Shown in pieces: positions 1 through 12,462 of a stretch of DNA of 64,000 nt. The number at the start of each line of letters is the position of its first letter. The stretch's first letter is position 1. The translations under genes and the position numbers were made by a program. The notes beneath the pieces were generated by a model. It ran no database searches and was not told where the DNA came from. It saw nothing but the letters and a program-made list of their open reading frames with translations. Source of the DNA: Candidatus Acidiferrales bacterium. GTDB taxonomy: Bacteria > Acidobacteriota > Terriglobia > Acidiferrales > UBA7541. The stretch covers positions 27,264 to 91,263 of the forward strand of contig CAVUNS010000007.1 in the NCBI GenBank assembly GCA_963742905.1, in the 5' to 3' direction.

Positions 1-537
1 ACCTATATTATCTTTCATCCATGGGCCATAAGCGCGCCAAAACTCAACATCCGCGGCCCTGCCGCTTGACGCTTCTTCCTGGGACCCTGCTTACGGACGG
101 TTTCGGGCGGCGGTTGGCCTGCTAACCTAAAGTCTATCAGGAGGTTACTACATTTCTCTACATGTTCCCGACCGCTGCATTTCTGATGCTTACTGCCTCA
201 TTTATAGGATGCGGCTGGCGAGGTGCGCGACGCGTGCTAAACTCTCCCAATGGAAAGGCCGCCCGGCAATCCTGCGCCCCAGAAAACCGGCAATCCCGCG
301 CCATCCAGGGGTGTCCAACCCGGCTTCGTGCATCGCGTTTGCACCCAGTGCAACAACGTTTTTCGCGTGCCCGCTGATAAGTTCGATGCCAAACAGTGCC
401 CAAAGTGCCACAAAGGATAGTTCCTGTCCCGCGTCACTGCGAATTCCGGGCCAGCTGATATTTTCTGGCTATCGTACCCGTACTCTTATTAGCGCCCGAG
501 TTGCCTGCCCGCCGTTCTGCACCGAGAGGACCCAGCC

Positions 538-1293
538 ATGATCGAAACCCGTGGTCTCGTTAAACTGTTTCACGACAAGAAGCGCGGCCAGATTCGTGCC
601 GTCGATAATGTCTCTTTCGTCTGCAATCCCGGTCAGATTTATGGTTTGCTGGGAGCCAACGGCGCCGGGAAAACCACCACGTTGCGCATGCTGGCCACGA
701 TCCTCGAGCCCACCGATGGAACCGCGATTGTCTGTGGCTATGACGTCATCGATGAACCGGAAAAGGTCCGCGCCAACGTAGGCTTTCTTTCTACGGCCAC
801 CGCTCTCTACCCCCGGCTTACTTCCCAGGAAATGGTCGAGTACTTCGGGCGCCTCAACGGCATCCCGGAGCACGAACTCAAGCGGCGCATCGACGAAATC
901 TTCACCCGCTTGGATATGAATTCTTTCCGCGATCGCCGCTGCGACAAGCTCTCTACCGGCATGAAACAGAAAACCTCCATTGCGCGCACGCTCATCCACG
1001 ATCCTCAGGTGATGATCTTTGACGAGCCTACGTTAGGCCTCGACATCATGACCGCTCGCACCATCATTGAATTCATCCGCGAGTGCCGCCAGCGTGGAAA
1101 AACCGTCATTTTCTCCACCCACATCATGAGCGAAGTCGAGAAGTTGTGCGACATGATCGGCATCATTCAATCGGGCAAACTCCTCGCGGAAGGCTCGCTC
1201 GCGGAACTCCGTCAACGTTACCGCCAGCACGACCTGGAAGAAATTTTCGTCAGTGTCGTCGCGCCTCACTACCTCGCCCAGGAGGTCAGCTGA
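538..1293 (+). CDS. natA: ABC transporter ATP-binding subunit (NatA-like Na+/drug exporter)
   Basis: Walker A GANGAGKTT, signature LSTGMKQK, Walker B MIFDEP, H-loop STH; RBS gagagg upstream. Confidence 0.85.
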   Translation: MIETRGLVKLFHDKKRGQIRAVDNVSFVCNPGQIYGLLGANGAGKTTTLRMLATILEPTDGTAIVCGYDVIDEPEKVRANVGFLSTATALYPRLTSQEMVEYFGRLNGIPEHELKRRIDEIFTRLDMNSFRDRRCDKLSTGMKQKTSIARTLIHDPQVMIFDEPTLGLDIMTARTIIEFIRECRQRGKTVIFSTHIMSEVEKLCDMIGIIQSGKLLAEGSLAELRQRYRQHDLEEIFVSVVAPHYLAQEVS

Positions 1294-1294
1294 C

Positions 1295-2503
1295 ATGAAT
1301 TTCCGCAACGTCGCCATCGTCTATCGCAAGGAGCTTCGTGAGTCCCTGCGGGACCGCCGCACCCTGGTCTCTTCCCTGCTCGTTCCTCTTTTGATTTTTC
1401 CGTTGCTTACTGCTGGTCTGGGCGCCGCAATTTCCGCTCTGGTTGGCCGGGCCAAGGAAGAAATTCCTTCCATCATGGTCCTCGGAGCGGAGAACGCTCC
1501 CGGGCTCGTCAGTGCGCTGCGCGACTCGAAAAAAATTAAAGTCGTTCCTACCCAACCGAATTGGAAGGATCAGATCATTAACAAAGAAATTCGCGCCGCC
1601 GTGGAAATCCCGCTGGGTTTTCAGGACGATCTCAAAGACCAGAAACCGGTGATCCTGCTCATCCACAATTACAATGGCGATCTGAAATCTGGCATCGCCA
1701 CAGGGGATGTGCGGGAAGCCCTTAATAAATACCGGGACGAAATCGTTCACCAGACGCTCAGCGCCCGCAATGTCCCGGATGCCGCTTTGAAACCTTTCGA
1801 GATCAAAGAAAACAATGTTGCGCCCGCCGAAAAAGTCGGTGGCGCCGCTTTCGGCGGCGTGATCGGTTACATGGTCATCCTGCTTTGTCTTACCGGCAGC
1901 ATGTATCCCGCCATGGATCTCACTGCTGGTGAAAAAGAACGCGGCACCATGGAAACCATCCTTTCCAGCCCGATTTCGCGTGTCGACCTGGTCTTCGGCA
2001 AATTCTTTCTTGTGCTCACCGCGGCCCTCGTGACCGCCGCGCTTTCGGTTACCTCCATGGGCGTGTCCTTCTATGTGCTGGAGAAGCTGCACGCGTTCGA
2101 CAAGGCTGGCGAAGATGCCGCCCAGCTTCAGCTGCAAGTGCACTGGACTACCGTGCTCTCCATCTTCATCATGGTTCTGCCCGTCGCGGTTTTATTCGCT
2201 GCTGGGCTTATGACCGTCGCGCTCTTCGCCAAAAGCTACAAAGAAGCGCAGAGCTACATCGGCCCGCTCATGTTCGTGGTGATCATTCCTGCGGTCTGCG
2301 CGATGCTGCCCATCGACCTTGACGCCAAGCTCGCCATGATTCCCATCCTCAATGCCAGCCTGCTCTGCAAAGAGCTGGTCACCGGCACGTACCACTGGAA
2401 TTTCATCGCCATTATTTTCTTTTCTACCTGCGTTTACGCGGGAATCGCGCTATTCCTGGCCGTAAAAATGTTCCAGCGCGAAAGCGTCCTTTTCCGTTCC
2501 TGA
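1295..2503 (+). CDS. natB: ABC-2 type permease (NatB-like)
   Basis: Starts 1 nt after the natA stop; KELRESLRDRR N-terminus, GEKERGTMETILSSP motif, several TM helices. Confidence 0.85.
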   Translation: MNFRNVAIVYRKELRESLRDRRTLVSSLLVPLLIFPLLTAGLGAAISALVGRAKEEIPSIMVLGAENAPGLVSALRDSKKIKVVPTQPNWKDQIINKEIRAAVEIPLGFQDDLKDQKPVILLIHNYNGDLKSGIATGDVREALNKYRDEIVHQTLSARNVPDAALKPFEIKENNVAPAEKVGGAAFGGVIGYMVILLCLTGSMYPAMDLTAGEKERGTMETILSSPISRVDLVFGKFFLVLTAALVTAALSVTSMGVSFYVLEKLHAFDKAGEDAAQLQLQVHWTTVLSIFIMVLPVAVLFAAGLMTVALFAKSYKEAQSYIGPLMFVVIIPAVCAMLPIDLDAKLAMIPILNASLLCKELVTGTYHWNFIAIIFFSTCVYAGIALFLAVKMFQRESVLFRS

Positions 2504-2552
2504 CCGTCTCTTATCGTGAGCATCTCTTCCTGCAAGGGCGCCCCCAAATGCC

Positions 2553-2590
2553 GAGGGTGCCCCACATGCCGCTTTTCATGTGGGCTCTTG
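2553..2590. repeat. REP-like palindrome (GGGTGCCCCACAT...ATGTGGG type)
   Basis: gagggtgc-cccacatg-ccgctttt-catgtggg hairpin in an intergenic position. Confidence 0.5.
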
Positions 2591-2693
2591 GGTTTGCATT
2601 GTGAGTCTCGCTTCCCATTACCAATTCCCCGAACACCCTCACCATCCACCGGAACGAAACCCGCTCTTCTTTCGTATCCTTAATCGAGAACCC

Positions 2694-3623
2694 ATGGCCC
2701 GGCGCATCCTTCGCATTGTCCTTACTTTGCTGCTCGCTCCACCGCTGATCGCTGCCGTCATGGGCTGGCTTGTGGCTCCCTCGTTTCTGCATCCCATGCG
2801 CCGGCCGCTGACGCCCGATCTTGTGCAGCAAGCGGACGTGTCGTTCGCGCAAATCGGGGTCCAACGCAAACCATTCGATGTTCGCGCTCGTGATGGCATT
2901 CTGCTCCACGGCTGGAAGGTTCGCGCAGCCCACCCTAACGGCTCGTGGGTTGTGCTCTTTCACGGTGTCGCGGACAACCGCGTGGGCGTACTCGAACACG
3001 CGCTCATTCTGCTGCGCGCCGGCTACAGCGTCACGCTGATGGATGCGCGCGCGCACGGCGAAAGCCAAGGCGCGATTGCCACGTACGGCTGGCTCGAACG
3101 CAAAGACGTCAGTGCAATCTTAGATGCGCTTGTCGCCTCGGAGCACCCGCTGCATATTTTTGCGCTGGGCGAATCCATGGGCGCGGGCATCGCTCTGCAA
3201 TCCGCCGGTGCTGACCCGCGCATCGAGGCTGTCGTCGCCGAGGCTCCGTTCGCCAGCCTTCGCGAGGCTTCCTACGACTACGCCGGCCTGCAACAGCATC
3301 CGTGGCTGGGCAAAACGCTGTTCGCTCCCGGAGCATGGGTGATGCTCGCGCGTGGCCAGGCGCTGGCCGGTTTTCCCGCCGCGGATGTTTCTCCGGAGCG
3401 CGCAGTCGGCGCTCGCGCTTTTCCCGTTCTGCTCATCTGCGATACCGGGGACACCACGCTTCCGTGCCGCCACGCAAAACAGATTTATGCCGCCGCTCGC
3501 GGTCCAAAATGTCTTTGGATCGTACCCGGTGCGTTTCATACCGCGGCGCTTGGGTATCAGCCGGAGGAATTCCGTCGTCGCGTCTTGCAGTTTTTTGCCG
3601 ACCCGATGATCGCCGCGAATTAG
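2694..3623 (+). CDS. Alpha/beta hydrolase with N-terminal membrane anchor
   Basis: HG oxyanion motif, DARAHGES, nucleophile GESMG, C-terminal Asp and His (GAFH). Confidence 0.85.
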   Translation: MARRILRIVLTLLLAPPLIAAVMGWLVAPSFLHPMRRPLTPDLVQQADVSFAQIGVQRKPFDVRARDGILLHGWKVRAAHPNGSWVVLFHGVADNRVGVLEHALILLRAGYSVTLMDARAHGESQGAIATYGWLERKDVSAILDALVASEHPLHIFALGESMGAGIALQSAGADPRIEAVVAEAPFASLREASYDYAGLQQHPWLGKTLFAPGAWVMLARGQALAGFPAADVSPERAVGARAFPVLLICDTGDTTLPCRHAKQIYAAARGPKCLWIVPGAFHTAALGYQPEEFRRRVLQFFADPMIAAN

Positions 3624-3676
3624 ATTCCGAGGGCAACGGCCGATCTCCTGACCGATCCGCTCTTGGTTCCGCGCTT

Positions 3677-3961
3677 CTACGCGATTGTCCGCGTTTCAGC
3701 AGCCGAACCAGCCTCGTTCCCGGCGTTCTGTTCCCATTCCTCGCCCAATCGCCGCACGGTCTCTCTCATCCGCACCGCCAACGCCGCGATCGTCTCCAGC
3801 CGTGTTCGGGATTGCACCGGGATTTCGATACGGCTGCGGCGCAATTCCACCAGCAGCAACTCGGCGTTCCCTAAAATGCCGGTCAGCGGATTGTTCAATT
3901 CGTGACGCAACACCGCCCCGAAGTCCCGGTCTTCTTTTTGCCCTGTTTCCATTTCCATCAT
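3677..3961 (-). CDS. Stand-alone HisKA (DHp) domain protein
   Basis: H-box LRHELNNPLTGILGNAELL in a ~94-aa ORF with no ATPase domain. Confidence 0.7.
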   Translation of the reverse strand: MMEMETGQKEDRDFGAVLRHELNNPLTGILGNAELLLVELRRSRIEIPVQSRTRLETIAALAVRMRETVRRLGEEWEQNAGNEAGSAAETRTIA

Positions 3962-4004
3962 CGGTTCGTCCCATTCCCAAGCTGTTGCCGTACAGTTTGA
4001 TTCA

Positions 4005-6745
4005 TCACCCCGCGGCGCGCAGATTGCCCCACAACAAGCTGCGCACCGCCAGGCAAAGCTCTTCCACCCGAAACGGCTTCGCAACATACGCAAGGTCATG
4101 GAGCGAGAGGAACTCCTGCGTGCGCCGCGCCACCCCGTCTCCGGTCACAAACAAAATATGTTCGCGCAATGGGTTGTGCTCCTTCGCCAGCGCTGCGAAG
4201 AACTCCTGTCCATTCATTCCCGGCATCTTCACGTCACAAATCGCCAGGTCATAGCAGACTTGCTGTGCCGAATTCAGCGCCTGCGCCGCATCTGCAAAAA
4301 CATCCACTTCCATTCCCTCTTCGCGCAACACATCGCCGATTAAACTCGCCACCGTGGGTTCGTCTTCAACCACCAGAACCCGCGCCTTCTTTGCCGTCCA
4401 CACCGCCGAGAAGTGCCCCGCTGTTTTCGTCCAACGATAAGCGATGCGGTTCTGCTGCCGCGGCCAACCCGCGAACCGATTCGCTTTCGTGTTGCTGTGA
4501 TGCCCCAGGGACCGCGGGAAACTCCACAACAAATCGTGTTCCTCCGCCGCGAATGGGCGAAATCACTTCAATCTGGCCGTCATGCTTTCGCACAAACCCC
4601 AGCACAATCGCCAACCCAAGCCCGGTACCCTTGCCTGCCGGTTTCGTTGTGAAAAATGGATCGAAAATCGTGGCTTGAATGCCCCGCGGAATCCCCGGTC
4701 CGTCATCCTCCACTTCCAGGCGCACACGTCGTTTATCCGTTTTTCCCGTTCGTACCGTGATCGTACCGGCGCCTCCGGCATCCTGGATCGCTTGTTGCGC
4801 GTTTTGCAGCAAATTCAGCAGAATCTGTTCGAGTTCGCCACCATCGCCGCGAATAGCCGGGAGCGTTTCCTCGAGTTCGGTTTTTAACGTGACCCGGGTT
4901 CCGCCCAAAACCGTCCGTTGAACTTCCAGCGCGGTCTCCACCACCTCGTTCAGCGAAATGAGTTCGCGTTCCCCCAAAGTTTCTCGGCTAAGGTTCAACA
5001 AGCGCCGTACGATCCCGCGGGCACGTTCCGCTTCACTCAGAATTTGCGCGGCTTCCGTCGTGCGGCGGTCACTTTCCCGCTGCAGTAAACGCTGCGCATT
5101 GCCCATGATGGTGGTGAGTGGATTGTTCAGTTCGTGCGCAGTCTGCATTACGTTTTGCCCAAGCGACGCAAGCCGCTCGGTTTGCTGCATCTTCGTTTGC
5201 AGCGCGCGCCACCCAGGTATGGCTCGGTACACTTCCACGCGTCCCAACTTTCTGCCTGATGGACCCAGAATGGCTCGCGCGTAGCGCTCAATCGTGCGCG
5301 GCTGAGGCCGCTCCATGTTCAATTCCTGTTGCGTTCCTTCCTCGCAGTTTTGCGCCAACTTCCGCCACTCCTCCGCGAATCCCGAAGCATCGCTAGCATT
5401 TGCGGATGCAGGCTGCACCAGGCCGTCGAACTCCACTTCGCTTGGCTGTTCGTGTAATCCCAAAAGCTCTTGAAACATCGCATTTTGCGCCAGTACTTTG
5501 CCCTGTTCATCGAAAACGATGACGCCTTCTTCCAGCCAATCGATCGCTTGCTGAAACATCTCAAATCCCTGGATGGGCTGGCTCGATGTCTTCTCCGCAA
5601 TCTGCAAATTCGCGGAATCGCCGGCCATATTGCCCGATTCGTCGCTTGCCTTGCGGCCGGCAGCGTCCGATTCCTGCCACATCACTTCGCTCGCAAGCGT
5701 TCCTCGAAGTTCCAATCGATCGAGAATGTCCAGATTCGCTCGCCGCGCCGGCAATCCCGCTAACAGCACTCCCGTAATTTTCGTTTGCAGTCTCAGCGGA
5801 ATGGCCACGATCTTCGACAGAGTCTTGGCCACCGGCAGCGAGTTCGCCTCTACGGTTATGATTTGGCCGTTTTCGATGCACTCCCGCCACAAACCTTCTA
5901 GCGATCCGCCGTTCACGCTGTACTCCCAGGTAGGGTCACCGCTCTGCGCGCGCACCAGCAGGTGATCTCGCACTTTCGCGAACGATCCGGCAGTCCGCTG
6001 GTGGCCATTCTTGACCTCGCCAATCAGCGCAAATGCCGCTCCTACCCCACCGACCGCCTCGCCGCGAGTGCAGCTTTCCGCAATCTGCCCCAGAATTAGA
6101 TTCGTGTTCTCGCTCGCTCGCAGCAGTCCGTGCATGCGACTCAAGAATTCCAGGTCCGCTTTCCTGGCAGCCGCCAACCGGTGTTCTTCTTCCAACTCCA
6201 ACAGCAGCCCCAGTTCCTCGGCCACAATTTCCGCCGCTGCCGATGGCAAGCATCTGTACTTGTCCCTTGCGCCCAGCATCACGGTGCCCCGGAGTGTCCG
6301 CCCACCGTCACCGGAGCCCACAACACGTGCCGTAGCTCCAGTTCCGGTCCCGCGGCGCTGGTGTTTCCGCCTTGCTCGATCTCGTATTCGCAGCTCACCC
6401 CGTTCGCCAGCATCTCGCGTGACGCACCAAGCGCATCCATCGGCAAACGCGCCCATTCCAGCACCGCGCTTACCGCTCCCTCTTCCCAAACCTCGCCTCG
6501 GAACACTGCCTCACTCGATTGCCCGTTCAGCGTGTCTCCCTCGTCCAGCCACACACCCGAACCGCTCCGCCCCGCCCGCGTTACGCAATTCCTGGATCGC
6601 TTCGAAAATCCAGTCCGCGGGACTCGCCCCCGCTCGACCCACCTTCAGTAAGAAGCCGCACGGCTCACGCCATCCTTGATTTTCGCCTTCGCGTGCCCCC
6701 GCTTGAACACATCGTCCCCCGGTGCTTCCCGGGTTTCCAATGCAT
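4005..6745 (-). CDS. Hybrid sensor histidine kinase (GAF-like/PAS-HisKA-HATPase-REC), frameshifted; start approximate
   Basis: ORF 4366-6489 has AHELNNPL, N-box LNLLQNA, DDGPGI and GTGLGL; the REC domain (VLVVEDE, DVKMP, AKPF) lies in the overlapping frame 4005-4532; the N-terminus continues in other frames. Confidence 0.75.
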
Positions 6746-6872
6746 TAGCACGACCAAAACTTTTTATCGCTATGTGTCAGGAAAACAATGGAATAGAGAT
6801 GGTGGTGCTGCCTGGTCGAGAATCGTTTTGGCGTTTTTCCCGAAGTGGTTCGAGACTTCTTGTTCGCTCGGC

Positions 6873-8332
6873 TTACGATTCCGTATGGTCGATCCGATAT
6901 TGCTTCAGCTTCCGGTACAGCGTGGTTTTCCCGATTCCCAATGCGCGCGCCGCCGCTTGTTTGTCTCCTCCGGTCTGGTGGAGGGTGCTCAGGATCGCTC
7001 GCCGCTCCAGTTCCTCCAGAGGCAACATTTCTTCTTTACTCGGCGGGCGCTCACTCGTCGGGATATTGCAGGTTGCTCGGAAGGTCATGCACCGTCACAA
7101 ACGGGCCTGATCCCAGCGCCACAGCTCGTTCGATGGCATTCTCCAGCTCGCCGAACGTTCCCGGGCCAGTCATACGCCATCAGCCGCCGCATCGCGTCTT
7201 CGCTCATTTCCAGTGGCATGTCGCGATTCCCCGCGAATTTGTCCAGAAACGAAGTGACCAGCAGCGGTATGTCGCTCTTCCGTTCGCGCAACGGGGGCAG
7301 CTTGATTTGCACCACATTTAACCGGAAGTACAAATCCTGCCGGAACAATCCGTTCTTTATGGCCAGTTCCAGATCCCGATTGGTAGCCGCCACGATGCGC
7401 ACATCGATGGCCCTTCTCTCCGTCGACCCCACCGGCTTCACTTCCTTTTGCTGCAACGAACGAAGCAGTTTCGCCTGCATCTCCAGCGACATTTCGCCAA
7501 TTTCGTCGAGAAACAATGTCCCGCCATTCGCGGATTCCATCAGCCCTTGTTTTGCCTGCATCGCCCCGGTAAACGCGCCCCGCGTGTAGCCGAACAATTC
7601 CGATTCCACCAAGGTTGCCACCAGCGCCGAGCATTCCACCGGCACAAACGGCTTGTCCTTTCGCGTGCCCAGAAAATGGATGCTGCGCGCCACCAGCTCT
7701 TTTCCCGTTCCACTTTCCCCCAGCACCAGCACCGGATGATCCCTCTGGCTTACTTTTTCGATCATCTTGTATACGCGTTCCATCCGCGCAGACATGCCAA
7801 TCAACCCGCCAAATCCGGGCCTTGTGCGCACCTGCTCGCGTAGCAACCGGTTCTCGCGTTTCAACTCCACGCCGTGGGCCACTTGCTCCAGCCGCGCGCG
7901 CAGCTCTTCCACACGAAATGGTTTCGTCACATAATCCACGGCGCCCATACGCGTAGCTTGCACTGCGGAGTCGATCGTGCCGTACTGCGTCAGCATAATC
8001 ACCGCGATTTCTGGGTGCGTGCTGCTCACGCGCTTGAGCAACTCCAGCCCGCTGGTGCCCGGTAACCGCAAATCGGTCAACAGTACATCCACGGATAGCA
8101 CTTCAAGCAGCTCCAGCGCTTCTTCCCCGGTGCCCACATCCGATACTCTCATTCCACTTTCCGACCCCACCACCCGGCATACTTCGCGAATGTGCTCGTC
8201 GTCGTCCACGACCAGCAGATTCAACGGTGGATTTGTGCTCCGCGGGATAGCTCCATCCGTCAAGCTCAAAAATTCCGAGGCTGCTCTGTCTACTTGAGTT
8301 CTGGTTTGTTGAGCTAAGAATGCGTCCGCCAT
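6873..8332 (-). CDS. Sigma-54-dependent response regulator (NtrC/AtoC family), frameshifted near the C-terminus
   Basis: REC domain, [26 protein letters not shown]; Fis-type HTH ([16 protein letters not shown]) in ORF 6873-7088. Confidence 0.9.
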
Positions 8333-8536
8333 TGGCCCTCTCCCTGAAGCAGAATGATCAAAAGGATCCCTGGAGCGAGTCCCAAACGGGTAGGGGTTGG
8401 CTGTCGTGCCATATCGGGAACATTTCGTTCCCGTCCTAAGTTCGACCTTATTATATTGTCAATTCGGTAATTACTCAAGAAGGATTTTCTACTGAAGTGT
8501 ACCAAATCTGAACATCTCTCCCGAACAACTTTCCTT

Positions 8537-10486
8537 TCACCGCTTTCCAGCCTCCAAACTCAACAGCCCTTCACTTTGCGAACCCGTCAGGAGTACCCCC
8601 GGTGCGGTCTCAACCAGCCCAGTAAATCGCCCTCTCTCCGCGTCGCGGTCCATCCTCTGCCAGGTCGCCCCGTTATCACGTGAGACGTACAATCCGCCGT
8701 TCCGTTCCGTCACTGCCCACATTCCGGAACCTCGTATCAATTCGTCGATTTGCCCCGCCGGCAGCCCACCTTCCACGCGCTGCCAAGGCGATTCCCCTGT
8801 CGACGAAAACAGTCCTTCCGCCGTTCCCAAGTAGAACGTCTTGCCAGCGCCAGACTCCGCCGCTTGAATCCAACTGATTTTTTCCGCGTTCATCGGAAGA
8901 TCCCCCCAAACCGCGGATTCCCCCGCATTTCTGGATACCCCAAGTTTTGCGTCCGCGATGACCGCAACATCGAGCCCAGCGCTTGATACCCAAATTGCCC
9001 TCGCTTTTCCCTCTCGCTCGTACGCTTTCAGTCGCGCGCAATTCCCGGATTCCTGGCATCTCATCACACCGTCGTTCGTGGCAAGCAACGCGTCCTTGTC
9101 CGAGAAAGCCACGACGCCAGGAGTAAGCCGGCGCACCACCGCGCTGCTGCTTCTCTTTTCACCTGCAGTCTTGGCAGATCGGTGGACCGTTCCCGTTTCC
9201 ATCAGCCGCCATTCTTTCCAGCTTTTCTTACTCTCGTCCCAGATCCACCGCTGCCCATTGTCCAGCCGCAAGATCCATCCCCACGGACTTGCCAATGCGT
9301 CCTGCGCCTCGTTTGCATTCAGCGCGCCTGCTTTCCCGTGACCAATAACGGTTACCGGCACGTCCGTCCAACTCTTGCCATCATCGCGGCTTTCCTGAAG
9401 TTCCGATCCACTCCGCTCCACAATCATCAGCAAATTTCCCGGACTATGCCGGTCAGCCACAAACTGCCTGACAACGGCGTGTGTGAACCCGTGATTCGCT
9501 TCGGTAAACGTCACGCCCCCATCCTCACTTGCTTCCACGCCTAGGCCGTCTGTTCCCAACACCACCCGACCCGGGCTCCCGCTCTTGCCGTCAAGAATCA
9601 CCACGCTGTTCACCGCCCAATCCCTGCTGGTGGTGCGCGTCCAATTCTCCCCACCGTCCCGCGTCACCCACAATCCCTCCGTCGTTCCCGCGTACAATGT
9701 CTTCGGGCTTGCGGGATCTTGGACGATCACTTGTGTCCGCCGTGCAGCGTAGGGGATGCCTTGTAGCTTGATCCACTCCCCGCCTTGGTTTTCGCTGCGG
9801 TAGATCCCGGAGCATGCGCTCATATACACGCGCGACGGATTCGTCACGTCCAGACGCAGGCTCATGATGTCCGAGTCGTCGATGATGCCCGCAATCACCG
9901 GTTTCCAGTTCTTCCCGCCATCGCGTGTCAGCCACGGCAAATGAAACGTTCCCGCGTAGATCACTTCGGGATCGCGCGGATCGATCGACCAGCGAATCCA
10001 AGATTCCGTATCTCTTCGTCCCCGCTCGGGGAGAAATTCGCGTTCCAAATCTTCCCGCCGTCGCATCGAACGAAACACACCGTGCGTGTTCCAGCGACGA
10101 GCTCGGCGGGTTGCGATGCAGAGATTTCCAGTGCGCGCACTGCTTCGCCTCTAGCCCAATAATTTCCAGGTCTTCCTGCCATCCTGGCTTGCGAACACGC
10201 CCCCTCCCGCTGCTGGGTCCTGATACCACACTGCGGCGAACAGGCGATTCTGGCGCGCGGGTCGGCCACGATTCGCGTGACCACCCCGTCCAGTCTCGTC
10301 CCCACGCGTCCGCGCATTTCCCACGATTTCGCCCCATCCGAACTGGCAAACACGTGTCCGTCCGCGTGCCCAGAAAAATTCGCGCCCTGGTGTCCCCGCC
10401 ATGGACACAACCATCCCGCCTTCCGGCCCTAATCTTTCCCACTGCTGAGCGCGGCTACTTACGCGCTGCTCCCGCGACGCCACCAT
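8537..10486 (-). CDS. Secreted BNR/Asp-box repeat beta-propeller protein, frameshifted
   Basis: Repeated S/T-x-D-G-G-x-x-W Asp-boxes across ORFs 10151-10486, 9961-10410 and 8537-10078. Confidence 0.75.
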
Positions 10487-10660
10487 GACTCCACCAGTCG
10501 CCCTCTTCCATTCGCTTTAATTTATTTTCTTAGGATTGCCTCTCAGGCGGTCCGCTCAATTCGCCGCATTTGTAACGTTTTTCGTTCCATGATCTTTACG
10601 AGTTTCGCTCAGCCTCAGAACTTGAAAAACGAGCCGTGGCCGACAAACGTACGCTAACGC

Positions 10661-10698
10661 AAAGCGGGCTCTCCGACGCTTGCCCTCGGAGAGCCCGC
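10661..10698 (-). terminator. Rho-independent terminator after the OmpA-like gene
   Basis: 13-bp perfect stem gcgggctctccga/tcggagagcccgc followed by TTT on the minus strand. Confidence 0.65.
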
Positions 10699-10759
10699 CG
10701 CTTCTGATTTATTTTCACGCCCGCACCGAGTGCTTGGTCACTCGTGGCGAACATTGACT

Positions 10760-12462
10760 TTAGTAGGTCGCGCCTTCCGGTACGAAGATGAAGTCGACTC
10801 GGCGGTTTTCCTTCTCCGAGCCCTTCTCGGTGGACGCTTGCCCAACGCGGGTGGAGATGCGCGAAGCATCGATGCCCTTTTCGCCCAGATACTTCATGGC
10901 GCCATCGGCACGTTGCTGCGCGAGTTTCTCCGCGTGCGGTTCCTTCTTGTCGGCATAGCCAACAATCACAACCTTCGCGTTCGGTTCATTCTTCAGTCGC
11001 AGGGCCACGTCATCGCCAACCCGCTTGCAAGCGTTGTCGAACCGCCCTGCGCCGACTTTGTTGTAGCCGCAATCGCCCACCTTCGTTGCCTGTGGCGGCG
11101 GTGCCGGCTGTTGCACGTCAACCGTTGTTGTGCGCTTGCTCGTCCACCGCGGCCGTCATCGGCCGTACCCGTTACCGTGTAGCTTCCCGCGGACAGGCCG
11201 GTCGAATCAAACTGCGCCGCTCGGACCGTTGCCCGTAATCTGGCCGCCCTTGCCGAGTAACTGTAGGTCATGGGATCGCCATCCGGATCGCTCGCGGTCG
11301 AATTGATCGCTACGCGTTCGCCGGCGATGATCGGGTTGCGTTCCGGGGCGCAGGAAATCACCGGCGGCCGGTTCGGACGCGCGTTAACCGCCACATCGGC
11401 GGAGCAAGTTGCCGTGCCGCCGCGGCCATCGTCAACCTTGGCATTGATGGTGTAGGTTCCCAGCGCCAAGCCCGATGGGTTCCAGCGAACATCTGGGCCA
11501 GTGCCATCCACGGTTCCGCCCGTCGCCGTATAACTGTAAGTCAGAGTGTCATTATCCGCGTCTGTTGCGGCTACGTGGATCGTCACCGGTTCCGTCGAAC
11601 CCTGATATACCGAGGTTGGATTCGCCGAGCACGAAGCCACTGGCGGATGGTTCGGTTTCGGAGGAGCGGGAGGATAACCCCACCGCAACACTGCGCCCGT
11701 GCCGATGCGGAAATTGTTCTGCCGCCCATCCGGGCTCACCAGCGAACCCGTGAAGTTCGTCATGAAATAATCCGCTTCGAAGAACCGCCATGCCAAATTC
11801 TTGAACAGGACGATGTCCACACCGCCGCCTGCCGCCAATGCGAACGAAGACTGTGAACTCGTGCCCGTCAACTGCGACCCGCGTGCGCCGCGCCAAACAT
11901 CACTTCCACGAACGGCACGAAGTGATCAAAATGACGGAAATTCACGCGCGGCCCGAACAGGTAGCTTTGCAGGCTTCCGGAGGTGGTTTCCAGCGGATAG
12001 ATCCCATTGGCATCGGGCGGCCCATAAATCTGCCGCTTGAAGTGATATGCGCCGATCTCCGCCGTAAGCCCTAACCACTTGTTCGCGTTATACGTGAACG
12101 CGCCGGTGCCTCCGAACGTGTTGAAGTTCCGGAACGAGCACGGGCAAAAATTGATGTACTGAAACAGACCCCGCCAATTCGAACTTCGGCGTAAGCAAAC
12201 CCCACGCGTGCCGGTTCCAAGGGTTGTTCTCCCAGTCCGAGAAAATATCCGCGGGATTCGCGGCGGCTGCGGCCTTGGGCATCGGAAACAGCGTGGTTGA
12301 CGCCGGCGCGATACTGAAGTCGCTGCTCGCAGTATTGGCGGACGCCGCCGTGCTTTCCGTTGTGGCCTTATCATTACTTGCTGTGCTCGCGTCTTTCTGC
12401 TGCGCACAGAGTGGCAGGGCTAACAGCGTCCCCATCGCCACGATTGCACACCAATTGCGCAT
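10760..12462 (-). CDS. OmpA-family outer-membrane protein (beta-barrel, two PKD/Ig-like domains, OmpA-C domain), frameshifted
   Basis: Signal peptide MRNWCAIVAMGTLLALPLCA; barrel strands YLFGPRVNFR and FALAAGGGVD; NHPPV/NRPPV...DGRGG repeats; C-terminal GYAD...QRA...NRRV. Confidence 0.8.

Noticed and set aside
202-411. 69-aa minus-strand ORF
   Set aside because: No recognisable motif or clear RBS; cannot be supported without a homology search
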